Part shown: one piece after another, positions 34,746-35,189 of the stretch
Layout of the letters: each line of letters opens with the position of its first letter
How positions within the stretch are numbered: the stretch's first letter is position 1
Assembly: GCF_001194135.2 (NCBI RefSeq)
Contig: NC_068993.1
Span: 57,465,196-57,500,384 of the forward strand
Direction of reading: 5' to 3'
DNA: 35,189 bases
DNA from: Octopus bimaculoides
Taxonomy: Eukaryota
Notes under the pieces: model-generated
Database searches by the model: none
The model's input: only the letters and a program-made list of their open reading frames with translations
What the model was told of the DNA's origin: nothing
Program-made: the position numbers and the translations under genes

Positions 34746-35059
34746 GATGCAGCGTTCAAGGATAATTTACTGAAACGCGAATCAGTGTGTCAACGTTTGT
34801 CTATCCCATAATGCAACTGTACTCCATTGAATATGGCTAATGAAGAAGAAGCTCTCTTGATAGTAAGAATAACGTGCGGTGTCAATAATTAGCCCCGGGT
34901 AACGACCTCCCATTAAAATGTACCGCTTTCTTTTCGCTTTTTTTTCTTCTTCTGCCTAAATTCTCATACACAGTTCAATATAAACCTTCAGAAATATTTC
35001 TAAATTTTCCCAGTAATATCCCGGCATCCGTCGCCCTTGTGGCAGTACTAAAAACGATA

Positions 35060-35064
35060 TTATT

Positions 35065-35132
<68 letters not shown>

Positions 35133-35189
35133 TATTATTATTTCTATTGTGGTGGGTTTTGTTCTTGTGGTGGTGGTGGTAGTAGTTTT
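35060..35189. repeat. (ATT)n array followed by GGT/GTT triplets
   Basis: Seen directly; it runs to the window edge. Confidence 0.9.

Overview
This is AT-rich eukaryotic genomic DNA from a gapped draft assembly. N runs lie at 625-904, 3148-4040, 4802-5227, 7644-7653, 8429-8438, 13153-13578, 16690-16736, 18313-18413, 22509-22911, 23617-23907, 29400-29527 and 32046-32055. The dense compound microsatellites and the SINE families look like an Octopus (coleoid cephalopod) genome; this is inference from memory, not a search result. The window is mostly intronic or intergenic. It holds about 13 copies or fragments of three tRNA-derived SINE families, two decayed CR1/L2-type LINE relics, a diverged 178-bp tandem duplication and many simple repeats. 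I recognise no protein-coding gene. Most listed ORFs are artefacts of N runs or microsatellites, or are short chance frames. Several short segments with good splice signals and an open frame could be exons of a long-intron gene (best: 30349-30459 on +, 15616-15741 on -), but such signals also arise by chance at this composition. I found no convincing evidence of a new biological system. The best leads are a ~3.9-kb repeat-poor block containing a Cys-rich frame, the candidate exons, module sharing between SINE families, and an inverted SINE pair that could form dsRNA.
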